Part shown: one piece after another, positions 36,457 to 48,792 of the stretch | How positions within the stretch are numbered: position 1 is the stretch's first letter | Layout: every line of letters starts with the position of its first letter | NCBI RefSeq assembly: GCF_006345805.1 | Contig: NC_043001.1 | Location: forward strand, 28,954,001 to 29,018,000 | DNA length: 64,000 nucleotides | Direction of reading: 5' to 3' | Source: Octopus sinensis | Taxonomy: Eukaryota | Translations under genes and position numbers: made by a program | Notes under the pieces: generated by a model | What the model was told of the DNA's origin: nothing | The model's input: only the letters and a program-made list of their open reading frames with translations | Database searches by the model: none

Positions 36457-37249
36457 TGTGTTACACTAACAAGCGGTGTTCAGATACATACAATGATTTC
36501 AAAATATCACTATTTGGTTTGTCTTCATTATGCATGTATGTGTGTGTGTGTGTATATATGTATATATATATATATATTATATATATATACAGATAAAGGG
36601 TGAAATATAATTAATTTAATAAAATCAACAAATTTCACCAAGTAGTATTTCGGTATGGAAAAGGGCCATATTCGGTAAAAGTTGACCGTGGACTGTTTGA
36701 TTTCGTTATTTTTCTTCTTTTTTTGCCACATAATGAGTTACAAATACTGTTGTCTGTGGAGACATATTTTTGTAGTAAAAGAAATATCAGTCCGCTGGCT
36801 GGTATTTCTAATACTTTCAGTACGTGGTCTAGCAACTTGTTGCAAAGACCCTCTTTGTTATAATTATATATATATATATATATATATATGATGTATTTTT
36901 GTTTTGTATAATGTAAAATATTTACAAATTTGTTGTTCATGTTGAATGTGAAAATTTAGTATTGCATGTTGAGACCTCGGTAATTATTAATACCCCCGAA
37001 ACCACAGATAAATATGGGTTTCCATTGAAAATTGTTTATTTCAAACAAATTTTCTTCTTGAAATTTTGTTTCTCAACTGATAATTAATAAGTTTTTGGTT
37101 CATAAAATCATAATGGAATTTTGTTGTGTAGCTTGCTTATGATGTGCAGCTGTACTTGATGCAACATACATAGTTTATTTCTTCCAACACCAGGATAAAT
37201 AAATATCATTTGAATTTTTACTACAATTTTCTTTCTCTAAAATTTACAG

Positions 37250-37285
37250 ACCAAAGCAATCCTACTGAAAGTCAACAACGAAGTA
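37250..37285 (+). CDS. Coding exon 5 (36-nt micro-exon)
   Basis: Acceptor TTTTCTTTCTCTAAAATTTACAG|, donor GTA|GTAAGT. In phase 0 it encodes TKAILLKVNNEV and joins the flanking phase-0 exons. It is also open in phase 1. Confidence 0.6.
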
Positions 37286-37654
37286 GTAAGTATATTCCAT
37301 ATTTAGCTATAAAATGCATTAAAGTGGTTAATTGTTTTTCCTTTTATATATTTTCCTGTTAACCTGTGGGTGTAAGAGCTTATAGTTTGCCGTATTCTAC
37401 ATTCATGTTAGTGTATGAGTGTCGTATTATAAATACTTTAGAAATATTACAGTAGTCATCATGTTGGTCTATTAAATTGAAGTAATACTCTGTTATGGCA
37501 GCATAAGAAGCATTGTCTACTATTATAATAATCCAAGGACGATTACAAAAGTATATACTATTCTGGTTTCACTTGATTTGTGGAGAGGATTTGAGGCTTG
37601 TATTGTAAGGTAATAAATTACTAATCAATTGTAGAACTCTCTCTTGCCAATACA

Positions 37655-37900
37655 CATAGACAAAGAGATCAGGGATAATTGGCCAGGCATTGTTATCAAG
37701 GACAACTAGGAAAAAGAAATACCTTTTAACTGAAATATAAGTCACAACTGATAATAAGGTATCTTTCAGAGGAATTCAAAATTAATCCAGTTACTTAGTT
37801 TTGGAAATGGAGATAACCTGAAAGGAGATGCTGATATCAAATGATTCTGAAAATAATAGTTGCCATGGCAATGTAAGGCTACAGAAGTAAGCTTACTCTC
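37655..37900 (+). mobile_element. Highly degenerate R4/Dong RLE fragment
   Basis: HIDKEIRDNWPGIVIKDN*EK matches the HTDREIKANRPDIVI motif. Confidence 0.55.
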
Positions 37901-38780
37901 TGAAATATATATTTAAAACTAAGTGATCTGGGATATTAAAAGTGAAACCTTTTGACAAGTAATACTGAGCCAGTGGTTTGATATTAAATTCAATAGATAA
38001 GTTGACACACTACTGACAATCAATCACAACTTTTCTTGTCATAGCTGTGTTGTCAGCAAAGGTATGACAGTGTGGCTAAGAAGTTTATTTCATAACAATA
38101 TGGTTTTAGTCTGTCATGGTTCAGTGACAGACTAACCCAGAAACAAAAAGATCCTTTTAATTCCACATTGCTCTTCCTTCCCCCCACCCCAACCAACCCC
38201 CACACTGTCACTTAAAATAGCAAACAATCCTTAGCTACACACAAGACAAAACATGCAAGAAAAACAGGTTGGTTCCTCTCGAATTCTTTGTTAACTCTTA
38301 AATATATCTCCGTCTGTGTATATATATACTACCAAACAAACATGATTTTTATTGAACTCATAATACTTTTTGTTGCATATTTTCCTAAATATTTTCTTGT
38401 AAACTGCTTTTAACATTTTTTTATTATTATCAAAGAATGTATATATGTATTTTAATACTTTTGTGACAGCCAGTACTTAACACAAAGCTTATACAAAGCT
38501 TTTCCATTTTACTTTTGACAATCTTTTTCTAAAAAATTGAAACCGGTCAAGTGAATAAACATCTTTAAAATTGCATTTTCAAACCTTTTTTCATATATAT
38601 ATGTATGTGAGTGTGTGTGTGTGTGTGTGTGTGTTGTGTGTGTGCGTGCTTGTAAGTAAATACACACACACACACATATATATATATGTACATATATATA
38701 TATATATATTATATATATATTATATATATATATATATACACACCACACACGCACACACACACATATATGTATATATATAT

Positions 38781-38813
<33 letters not shown>

Positions 38814-38825
38814 TATATGCATACA

Positions 38826-38871
<46 letters not shown>

Positions 38872-38884
38872 ATCAAATCAAAAT

Positions 38885-39400
38885 CACTGACGTGGCCAAT
38901 GACTGTACCACCTGATTGGCACTCATGCCAGTGGAACGTTAAAAGCACATCTGAGCATGATTGTTGCCAGGGCCACAGATTGACTCCCGAACTGGTGGCA
39001 TGTAAAAAGCACCATTCAAGCGTGATCATTGCCAGCATTGCCTTACAAGCACATATGCCAGTTGCATGTGAAAAGCAACATTCGAACATGGTTGTTGTCA
39101 GTACCACTGAACTGGTTCCCATGCAGGTAGCATGTAAAAAACACTTTTTGAGCATGGTTGTTGCCAGAACCACCTAACTGGCCCTCATGCCAGTGGCACG
39201 TAAAAAGCATCCACTACACTCTGGGAGTGGTTGGTGTTAGGAAGAGCATCCAGCTGTAGAAACTTTGCCAGATCAGACTGGAGCATGGTGCAGCCTTCTG
39301 GCTCACCAGTCCTCAGTCAAACCGTCCAACCCATGCCAGCATGGAAAGCAGACATTAAACGACGTCGACAATGATGATGATGTTGATGATGATAATGATA
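38885..39400 (+). mobile_element. SINE family C with about 5-6 tandem 5' units
   Basis: Repeated GGCATGTAAAAAGCACC units, then the core and a (GAT)n tail. Confidence 0.88.
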
Positions 39401-39423
39401 TATGTATGTATATATACATATAC

Positions 39424-39456
<33 letters not shown>

Positions 39457-39459
39457 TAC

Positions 39460-39505
<46 letters not shown>

Positions 39506-39514
39506 TATATATAT

Positions 39515-39830
39515 AATCATCATCATCATCATCATCATTTAACGTCCGCTTTCCATGCTAGCATGGGTTGGACGGTTCAACTGGGGTCTGGGGAGCCCGA
39601 AAGCTGCACCAGTCCAGTCAGATCTGGCAGTGTTTCTACAGCTGGATGCCCTTCCTAACGCCAACCACTCCGAGAGTGTAGTGGGTGATTTTATGTGCCA
39701 CCGACACAGGTGCCAGACGAGGCTGGCAGACGGCCACGCTCGGATGGTGTTTTTATGTGCCACCGACACAGGTGCCAGATGAGGCTGGCAAACGGCCACG
39801 ATCGGATGGTGTTTGTTACGTGCCCATATA
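39515..39830 (-). mobile_element. SINE family C, inverted relative to 38885-39400
   Basis: (CAT)n followed by TTTAACGTCCGCTTTCCATGC...CTGGATGCCCTTCCTAACGCC. Confidence 0.9.
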
Positions 39831-40029
39831 ATAGTAATAATCCTAGAATTGAATCTATAAACACTTAAGGGATTGCTATGTGCATTTTCACAAATCACAT
39901 GTCTCTTAAGATCACAGTCTGTATCCCTTGTATGATTACAGTGTAGTCCGTAGTATCTGTGGGCATCAGGTTGATCATTTTCATGGGTTCATTTCTTCAG
40001 ATGATATAGCATTAATGGATGTACAACAG

Positions 40030-40223
40030 AGAGATGTTTGTCTTTTTGCCAGTATGAAGGTTAAGCTTCGTTAGATTTGCAGACCTTCTGGCATACATTG
40101 CATTGAAAGGTGTTCCCAGACATATAGGCAGAATAGTACATACATACATACATACATACATACATACATACATACACACACACACATACATACATACATA
40201 CATACATACATACATACACACAC

Positions 40224-40256
<33 letters not shown>

Positions 40257-40546
40257 TACATACATACATACATACATACATACATACATACATGCACACA
40301 TACATACATTATGGCTGCCCCTCCTTATCAAGTATGGCCATTGCACGAAGCTTAACTGTTACTGGTGTTGTGATCGAATGTGACTTTTTAGTCCAGCCAA
40401 AGATCTACAATGTCTTGTACAAAACTGGCAACTAAAACCTTTACTGGTAATAGCCGGCTGTAGTTGTAACTGGGCTTCATGTACCTTTGCATGTTGTTTA
40501 AGTCCTCCTGCCGAATTACACTCTCTTCCACATGCCCGACAGATAT
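40030..40546 (-). mobile_element. C2H2-finger-bearing remnant (probably a LINE ORF2 C-terminus), split by microsatellites
   Basis: Encodes HICRACGRECNSAGGLKQHAKVH, FSCQFCTRHCRSLAGLKSHIRSQH and FQCNVCQKVCKSNEA. There is no TGEKPY linker. Confidence 0.6.
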
Positions 40547-40552
40547 GATTAT

Positions 40553-40583
<31 letters not shown>

Positions 40584-41003
40584 TACATACGTACGTACAT
40601 ACATACATACACACATACATACATACACACATACATACATACACACACATATACATGCACACATACATACATACACACACACATACATACATACATACAT
40701 ACACACATACATACATACATACATACATACATACATACACACACACATACATACATACATACATACGTACATACATACATACATACATACATACATACAT
40801 ACGTACGTACATACATACATACACACATACATACATACATACACACATACATACATACATACATACATACATACACACACATATACATACATACACACAT
40901 ACATACATACATACATACATACACACACACATACATACATACATACATACATACATACATACATACATACATACATACATACATACACACATACATACAT
41001 ACT
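40547..41003. repeat. Long (TACA)n/(CA)n cryptic microsatellite, about 450 bp
   Basis: Read directly; a second tract is at 40137-40310. Confidence 0.95.
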
Positions 41004-41115
41004 TATATGTAGACGTACATGTTTGTGAGTGTATGAGTGATCTTGTAGTAAGTTAATAAGGAATCACACCATTGATATTCGTGAATTTTAATTTGATTTC
41101 TTTTTTGATTTCTAG

Positions 41116-41415
41116 CCAAGTGAAACAAGTGAAAGGATAAAGAGTTTTCTCAAAATGTTACCCCAAAACATCATTTTAAATTCTGATGTCTTGGTTAAAA
41201 GACAAAATTCAGATAGAACTGTGGCTCCTTCAGATATTGTTGTTACAAGACGAGTTTCAAATAGGTCCTTTAGAACTCCGGCTCCCTCAAATCCTCAGTT
41301 TGCAACACGAATTCCAGGTAGGCCCTTGAGAACTATAACGCCAATGAATAAACGAAGAACTCGAAAGCCAAAAAAGGATTCCAAGAAGAAATTAAAATGG
41401 GAATTGTTAATGAAA
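41116..41415 (+). CDS. Coding exon 6 (basic, Pro/Ser/Thr/Arg-rich)
   Basis: Acceptor TTTTTTGATTTCTAG|, donor AAA|GTGAGT, 300 nt, phase 0 to 0. Encodes PSETSERIKSFLKMLPQNII...MNKRRTRKPKKDSKKKLKWELLMK. Confidence 0.82.
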
Positions 41416-41848
41416 GTGAGTATTTTTTATCTTGTTCATTTGATTATATTTTTTTTTGAGAAGAGCTTTCCTTCCTTCCTTCCTTCCTTCCTTCCTTCCT
41501 TCCTTCCATCCACCCACCCACCCACTATTGCTGTGAGGGTCATGGGGGTAACATTCTCAGGCACCTCCTCCATAAGATCCTATAAGAAGCAACTAGGGTA
41601 AGATCCCATTCGGTCATGGATGACCAGAGGATTAGACCTAGAAAGTTCTCCTCTGAGGCACAAACCTGGGAAAACACACACACATATATATACATACGAC
41701 AGGCTTCTTTCAGTTTCCATCTACCAAATCCACTCACAAGGCTTTTGGTTGGCCTGAAGCTATAGTAGAAGACACTTGCCCAGACTCCAGTCAAACTGTC
41801 CAACCCATGCTAGCATGGAAAACAGACGTTAAATGATGATGATGATGA

Positions 41849-41885
<37 letters not shown>

Positions 41886-41989
41886 CACACACACACACAC
41901 ACACACAAAAGTTATTTATGGAAGACCAGCAGTCCCCCAAGCATACCAGCCTCCCCTCTCCGCACCACTGATGTTATTATCCAAGGGAA

Positions 41990-42170
41990 AGGCCTTGGGT
42001 CGATACAGTTGGGTACCAATGACATTGCAACTCATTTCTACAGTTGAGTGAACTGGAGCAATGTGAAATAAAGTGTCTTGCTCAAGAACACAACACACAG
42101 TCTACTCCAGGAATTGAACTCCCTACTTCATGATTGTGAGCCCAACGCTCTAACCACTGAGCCATGCACA
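41990..42170 (-). mobile_element. CORE-type SINE
   Basis: GTGAACTGGAGCAA...AAGTGTCTTGCTCAAGAACACAA...CTAACCACTGAGCC. Confidence 0.75.
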
Positions 42171-42214
42171 TTCATTGGATCTCCAAGCATGACCAACCCA
42201 GATTAAAGATATAC

Positions 42215-42610
42215 TCTTTACTCTTTTACTCATATACTTGTTTCAGTCATTTGACTGTGGCTATGCTGGAGCACCGCCTTTAGTCGAGCAAATCGACCCA
42301 AAGATTTATTCTTTGTAAGCTTAGTACTTATTCTATCGGTCTCTTTTGCCGAACCGCTAAACACACCAGCATCGGTTGTCAAGTGATGTCAGGGGTCGGG
42401 GGACAAACACAGACACTCAAACACACACGCACACACACAGACATATATATATATATATTACATATATACGACAGGCTTCTTTCAGAATTCATCTACCAAA
42501 TCCACTCACAAGGCTTTGGTCGGCCTGAAGCTGTTGTAGAAGACACTTGCCCAGACTCCGGTCAAACTGTGCAACCCATGCTAACATGGAAAATGGACAT
42601 TAAACGATGA
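42215..42610 (-). mobile_element. SINE family A fused to a family C tail
   Basis: A family A body on the minus strand is followed by GTCAAACTGT...GGACATTAAACGATGATG. The same chimera occurs at 41680-41850. Confidence 0.75.
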
Positions 42611-42675
42611 TGATGATGATGATGATATATATATATATATATATATATGTGTAAATATACAGACACACACACACA

Positions 42676-42712
<37 letters not shown>

Positions 42713-42979
42713 ACATAGATATATATTCAGCAGTATCAGAACAAAACGGTGATTAGGCATAAATGAACTTTAGGTTAGTTAAAATATGTTTCCAACATAT
42801 TTCAGCTTCTAAAGGCAAATTCACTGCAGTTGCCAATGAGAAAAAGATCCTCTCTTATGGTAAAAGGTGTAGATACAACATATTTGTGTGTCTCTTTATA
42901 TATTGTGTTTGTTCTTACTCCTCAGCCTGAGAACTAACTTTATTTGTTTACAATCCCATAACTTAGCAGTTCAGCAAAA

Positions 42980-43460
42980 GAAATGAATAGAATAATGAGA
43001 ATATGTACTTGACTTTAAAATTCTGAACGCCTTACTTCCCTGGGCATGGATACATTGAAACTCTGACATCTGGCAGCTGACTAGGCAGACACCCATAAAA
43101 TTATTAACCATCTTACTAACAATAACTCTGAGCACCTTTTCAAACTCCACCTGTCTAACACCCGTGGACATGTTTACAAAGTCAGAAAACAGCACAGCTC
43201 CTATGACTTTCGGAAACATTTTTTCATGTTAAGAGTTGCTGAAGTATGCAACAAACTGCCGGCATCGGTTGTTAATAGTTGGAGCACTGCATCCTTCAAA
43301 ACTTCCATGCTTCCTGAGATTCACCAACACTACACCTGATCTTCTCCCCTCCGTACACATGCAAGCATGTATCTGACTCATATACTGTTCACTTTCCAGA
43401 CATTTGTGCTTTACTTTATATGCTCTTTTGACAAGTTGTGGTGCACCTGAGCACTGTATA
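42980..43460 (+). mobile_element. CR1-clade LINE 3' end
   Basis: Encodes SNTRGHVYKVRKQHSSYDFRKHFFMLRVAEVCNKLPASVV, then a 3' UTR with AATAAA. Confidence 0.85.
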
Positions 43461-43659
43461 CAATAAATTCATTATTATTAATATTTTTATTATATGATTT
43501 CTGTTGTTGATCTATTTGACTAAAACCCTTCAAAGTAGTGCCCCAGCAGAGACACTGTCCAATAATTAAAGCATTTATAAATGGAATGAAGCATAAACCA
43601 GATCCAACTTTTTTAGGTGTTTGCTGGCATACCTCTTATTGTATTCACTGAAGTGTTAA

Positions 43660-44075
43660 GACCACTGGTGGTGAAAAGCATTCATGGCAGTGTCACATAA
43701 AAGTGCTTGTGGTGTCATGTAAAAGCACCTGTGCAGTGCTATTTAAAAGCACCTTGTAAAGTGTTTGGCATTAGAAGGGCATCTAGTCATAGAAACCATG
43801 CCAAATCAGACTGGAGTCTGGTGCAGCTCTCCAGCTTGCCAGCTCTGGTAAACCGTCCAACCCATGCCAGCATGGACAACAGACGTTAAATGATGATGAT
43901 GATTTAATTTCTACTTTGAGAGTGGTTGGCATTAAGGAGGGCATCCAACCATAGAAACAAAAACCAAAATCAGACTGGAACCTGGTAAGCTAGAGAGCTC
44001 TCTAGCTTACCAGTTCCAGCCAAACCATCTAACCCACGCTGGCCTGGAAAATCGGCGTTAAATGATGATGATGAT
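43660..44075 (+). mobile_element. Two tandem SINE family C copies
   Basis: Two cores, each ending GTTAAATGATGATG (near 43900 and 44072). Confidence 0.8.
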
Positions 44076-44464
44076 ATGTGTGTGTGTGTGTGTAAATATA
44101 TATAACCCCCCTCCCCTTACACACATCTATGTATATATATCGATGTGGGATGGAAAGTGACTAATGCATTGAAGAGAGTCTTTTGTGGTATGTTACCATG
44201 TTCTGCCATGGCCACATTGTATTTTCCTTACCCCACTTATGTAATCAATAAAAAAAATATACCAGACACACTCCTATAGGTTGATAAAATCTAATAAAAA
44301 AAACCCATTGAAAATTGTTCCCTAATATGATTGCACTTCATGAAAAAATTAGAAGGATGTTATTCTTATTTTTAAGGTAAATTGGTGTGGTAAATAGTTA
44401 ACAGAGAGTCTGAGAAATATCTTGTGTTCTTTTCATTCATTTTATATATATATATACATACTTA

Positions 44465-44660
44465 CATCATCATCATCATCATCGTCGTTTAACGTCCGTT
44501 CTCCATGCTAGCATGGGTTGGACGGTTCGACCGGGGTTCTGGGAAGCCAGAAGGCTGCACCAGGCTCCAGTCTAATTTGGCAATGTTTCTACAGCTGGAT
44601 GCCCTTCCTAACGCCAACCACTCCGTGAGTGTAGTGGGTGCTTTTTACGTGCCACCTGCA
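44465..44660 (-). mobile_element. SINE family C
   Basis: (CAT)n followed by the reverse-complement core. Confidence 0.88.
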
Positions 44661-44709
44661 CATATATATATATATATGTATGTGCGTGTGTGTGTGTGTG
44701 TGTGTGTGT

Positions 44710-44995
44710 GGAGGCGCAATGGCCCAGTGGTTAGGGCAGCGGACTCGCGGTCGTAGGATCGCGGTTTCGATTCCCAGACCGGGCGCTGTGAGTGTTTATT
44801 GAGTGAAAACACCTTTAAGCTCTACGAGGCTCCGGCAGGGGGTGGTGATCCCTGCTGTACTCTTTCACCACTCTTTCTTCTGTTGGCCTGCTCGCTTAGC
44901 CAGCGGGGTTGTGTCATTCGGAGGCTAAAACAATGCGAATGCATTGTGACCAGCGATGTGTAACAACATCTGGTGGTCTGGTCGATCACGTGATA
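44710..44995 (+). mobile_element. SINE family B
   Basis: GGAGGCGCAATGGCCCAGTGGTTAGGGCAGCGGACTCGCGGTCGTAGGATCGCGGTTTCGATTCCC, a tRNA-Arg-like head. Confidence 0.9.
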
Positions 44996-45100
44996 TACAT
45001 ATATATATATATTAATTTTACTCTGCTATGTATTGAGTACCTTACTTACTGTGGTTAACCCCGGATCAACCCGGGACCTACATATATATATATTATATAT

Positions 45101-45189
<89 letters not shown>

Positions 45190-45196
45190 ATATTGT

Positions 45197-45495
45197 GGAG
45201 GCACATGGCCTAGTAGTTAGAGCAGCGGACACGCAGTCGAGGATCGCAGGTTTGAATCTCAAACCGGGCGATGTGTGTGTTTATGAGCGAAACACCTAAG
45301 CTCCACACAGCACCGGCAGAAGGTAATGGCGAACTTCTGCTGACTCTTTCGCCACAACTTTCTCTCACTCTTTCCTCCTGCATCTTGCAGCTCAGCTGTG
45401 ACGGACCAGCGTCCCGTCCAGGTGGGGAACCTATACGCCAAGGAAACCGGGAAACCGGCCCTTATGAGCCAGCCGTGGCTCGAGAAGGAACAAAC
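45197..45495 (+). mobile_element. SINE family B
   Basis: Same head; the body matches 4325-4612. Confidence 0.88.
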
Positions 45496-45519
45496 AGTAA
45501 TATATATATATTGATTCCA

Positions 45520-45830
45520 TTCTATAATTCCAGTTTTTGAATGGCAATAATGTAACAGCATTGCCTGATCTATCCATCTTCAATGAAGTGCCTTTCCAGC
45601 GACTCTTGAAAATACCACGCATAAAATTATGCAGTTTACTACCAAACCTTCCAGCTTTGAATTTAACCCCTGTAAAAGTGAGTATTTTCATAAAAACTTT
45701 GCTCGGTGTATCATATATTTTGTCACTTCTAGGATATAAGGTTGTAGATTGAATGGCTTTGTTATCTAGTATTACAGCTTGGAGCTGATGGTGTAATACT
45801 GCCAGAATTAATTCTACCATTACAGGAATT
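45520..45830 (-). mobile_element. Possible degenerate Penelope GIY-YIG remnant
   Basis: An FKSRW motif and upstream DTPSKV resemble the Penelope linker and endonuclease, but are heavily frameshifted. Confidence 0.35.
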
Positions 45831-46574
45831 TTTTTCCCCTTTATAGATCAGTGATCAGATTATATATCTTTGGTTGAGTACATTAGTTACTCTCACATAT
45901 TTAATTTAGTTTCGTGTTAATTAGTTGACCAGTTAATCACTACCCTTTTGTCACTGTTTTTCTCTTTCACCCTTTTATGAATACATTTCATGTAGTTAAC
46001 ACAACGTTTCAGCTGATATACCCTCCAGCCTTCATCAGATGCCTTGAGGAAAGCCCTAAAATTCACTTCATAATTGCCCATGGGCATAAGGTGTAGTAGT
46101 TAAGAGCGTGGGCTACAAACCTCAAGATTCTGAGTTCGATTCCAGGCAGTAACCTGAATAATAATGATAATAATGATAATAATAATAATAACAATAATAA
46201 TAACATCGAAAAAAGGAATGAGAACCCAGGTTCGAAATTTCCCCAAGACATTTCATGTATTACAAGTAATTCTCAAAATAATCAAGCATTTGGAGGAATT
46301 AAGTAAAATAACTTTTCTTTTTATTGTGTCTGGGGAGAGTCACTCTCTTTTAGTGCCTTATTAATTTAACACACCCATTGGTTCGATTTCCACTCATTTA
46401 TTCATTTTTACTAAAATTTGTGATGCGTCTTGCAACCTTTTCAATAGTTGTTGACTCTGTCCATTATAGGAACTGCATTCTCTTTTCTTGTCTGTTTGTG
46501 CACATGCGTGTGTATCAGTGTGCGTGTGTATCAGTGTGCGTGCATATACACATATGTATGTATGTATATATGTA

Positions 46575-46621
<47 letters not shown>

Positions 46622-47401
46622 TGTGTGTGTGCATGTGTGTGTATGCATGTGTGTGTAATAGAAAGTTAATGTTTAGAATGTAACTTAACAAGTAGATTCT
46701 TATCACCAAAGGCTTAAATTTGAATGTAGCCACTTCAAAATAGACAGTTTGGTATCACAGAACCAGGGGTAATCTATGGCAGTTTGAAAATTGTTATATT
46801 ATATAACTCAAAGGAATACAATGTTGAATATATTAGTGATAAAATAATTCAGTTCACTACAAGTTGGGTTTTTGCTAAATATTTGAAGCAAATCAATGCT
46901 TAGTGAATAGCATTAAGTTTTAGGAGTCTCTGTATGACCACCTGATCTGCTAGAAAGTACACCAAAATTTTCTTTGAACTACACCCTGATATCTTTACGA
47001 TGATTATGCTTGAAATATAGGATTATTCAAAAAGAAAGAGCAGATCTCAAAATTATTTTTAAAAACAAACAGTAAGAGACACAAATACATTCTACATATT
47101 TCTTGATAGGAGAAGGTTTAAAGTTTATAACTGAACATAATTGAATTAAGCCTTAAATAAAATTATATTTTAATTTTGTTTTAATGTTTTATTTTGTTCA
47201 TTTTATTTAAAGTTGTATAATTTTCATTTGTGTAATCCCTTAGAAAATGGCAATGCCACAAGAAAAGTCTTTTTGTGTGCTGCAGTTTAAGAAATGCAAA
47301 TCGATTGTGCAAGTGCAACATGAATTTTGCTGGTAATTCAATAAAAATCCACTTCATCACAAGCAAATTTATGAATGTCCTAAAAATTTCACAGAAAAAA
47401 G

Positions 47402-47840
47402 TGTAGTGACGCTACTGTGGAAGTTTCAGTGTGCATGCACAGAATTGGATTACTTCTGGTAGGCTACCGGAAGTTCCCTCATGTGCATGCGCAGGAACTG
47501 CAACTTGAAAGTGTCTCCGCTTAATCTGCCTTTTTGGGGAGAGCAGCCCCAACGAGCGGACCTGACAAAAACTTCTCTCAGGGAAAACCCTACACATAGA
47601 GAAGCTCTCTTCAAAGCGGGAACGGAGACCGTATCTTCTTGGCTCACCCGAGTGAACATTTGTAAATGTTTGTAAGGCGCAGGAGTGGCTGTGTGGTAAG
47701 TAGCTTGCTAACCAACCACATGGTTCCAGGTTCAGTCCCACTGCGTGGCATCTTGGGCAAGTGTCTTCTGCTATAGCCCCGGGCCGACCAATGCCTTGTG
47801 AGTGGATTTGGTAGACGGAAACTGAAAGAAGCCTGTCGTA

Positions 47841-47885
<45 letters not shown>

Positions 47886-48210
47886 TTGTCCCTCTAGAAT
47901 TGCTTGACAACCGATGCTGGTGTGTTTACGTCCCCGTCACTTAGCGGTTTGGCAAAAGAGACCGATAGAATAAGTACTGGGCTTACAAAGAATAAGTCCC
48001 GGGGTCGATTTGCTCGACTAAAGGCGGTACTCCAGCATGGCCGCAGTCAAATGACTGAAACAAGTAAAAGAGTAAAAGAGTCCTGTGGATTTGGCTGCCG
48101 GTTCGCCCTTAAGAAATATATATGTATATATTTTACCTGTGAACCCGAAGAATAAAGTGTTATTTATTGTTATCGAAGACAGCCGGATTTTTGGTTCCTT
48201 TTCGTCGACT
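47402..48210 (+). mobile_element. LTR-like repeat related to 12100-12530, itself interrupted by a SINE
   Basis: Starts TGTAGTGACG and ends near CGTCGACTA, with AATAAA near 48151. Confidence 0.45.
47676..48080 (+). mobile_element. SINE family A, full length
   Basis: GGCGCAGGAGTGGCTGTGTGG head and (AAAAGAGT)n tail. Confidence 0.92.
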
Positions 48211-48609
48211 ATTGTATGTAACAAGATAAGACCAGACACCCCTCAAGTGTTCCTGAAACTCTCATCTTGTTACAAAGGTTTTGATGTTTCGATGTTTGTC
48301 GAGCAACACATGGTGCTCATGTTGTGTGCATAATACTTTAAAATAAACTTTAAACCTTCCCCTATCAAGAAATATGTAGAACGTGTTTGTGTCTCTAACC
48401 GTTTTTTTTAAAATAAATTTTAAATCTGCTCTTTCTTTTTGAATAACCCTGTACATTTGATCATAGGTTTGTTTGATCAGGATTGATTTGGGTTAAACAG
48501 CTACAAATTTAATAAGTGATTTTTCTTTTCCTTTTTTTTTATAGAATTCTTATTATGAGTTAATGGCAGCAATTAAGCCATAATATTTTTTATCTATTTA
48601 TTTTAACAG

Positions 48610-48792
48610 AAAATTATTATTTACAAGAAATGCCAAGAAGAACTACAGGAAATTGCATCTACAGTTCCCAAGAGACTTGGCAAACTGCTTTCTTTATTGA
48701 AACCAAAGGACATTATCACCTTAAAGATTAATCGGTTACAGGATTTGGCAGTTGCAGTGTGTCAGTTTGAGAGTTTAGTGAATACTAAAATG
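48610..48792 (+). CDS. Coding exon 7
   Basis: Acceptor ATTTATTTTAACAG|, donor ATG|GTAAGA, 183 nt, phase 0 to 0. Encodes KIIIYKKCQEELQEIASTVPKRLGKLLSLLKPKDIITLKINRLQDLAVAVCQFESLVNTKM. Confidence 0.88.

Larger units (their letters stand above)
47018..48451 (+). mobile_element. Tc1/mariner (rosa/DD41D-like) deleted element with about 110-bp TIRs, hosting an LTR-like repeat and a SINE
   Basis: TA|TAGGATTATTCAAAAAGAAAGAGCAGAT...ATCTGCTCTTTCTTTTTGAATAACCCTG|TA. Encodes MAMPQEKSFCVLQFKKCKSIVQVQHEF at 47227 onward. Confidence 0.85.

Noticed and set aside
38885-39210. CRISPR-like array of about 60-bp periodic units (also 23380-23640 and 56180-56400)
   Set aside because: The units are diverged whole-unit tandem repeats with no unique spacers, there are no cas genes, and they are part of a dispersed eukaryotic SINE.
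40012-41056. Long ORFs of 150-213 aa with YIHT/MYVC repeats, and similar ORFs at 2347-3032, 11784-12077, 38509-39177 and 49952-50475
   Set aside because: They are translations of (TACA)n, (CA)n and (TA)n microsatellites, which lack stop codons in some frames.
44710-44785. tRNA-Arg-like sequence (also other SINE heads)
   Set aside because: The cloverleaf is incomplete (poor acceptor stem) and runs directly into a SINE body present in many copies.
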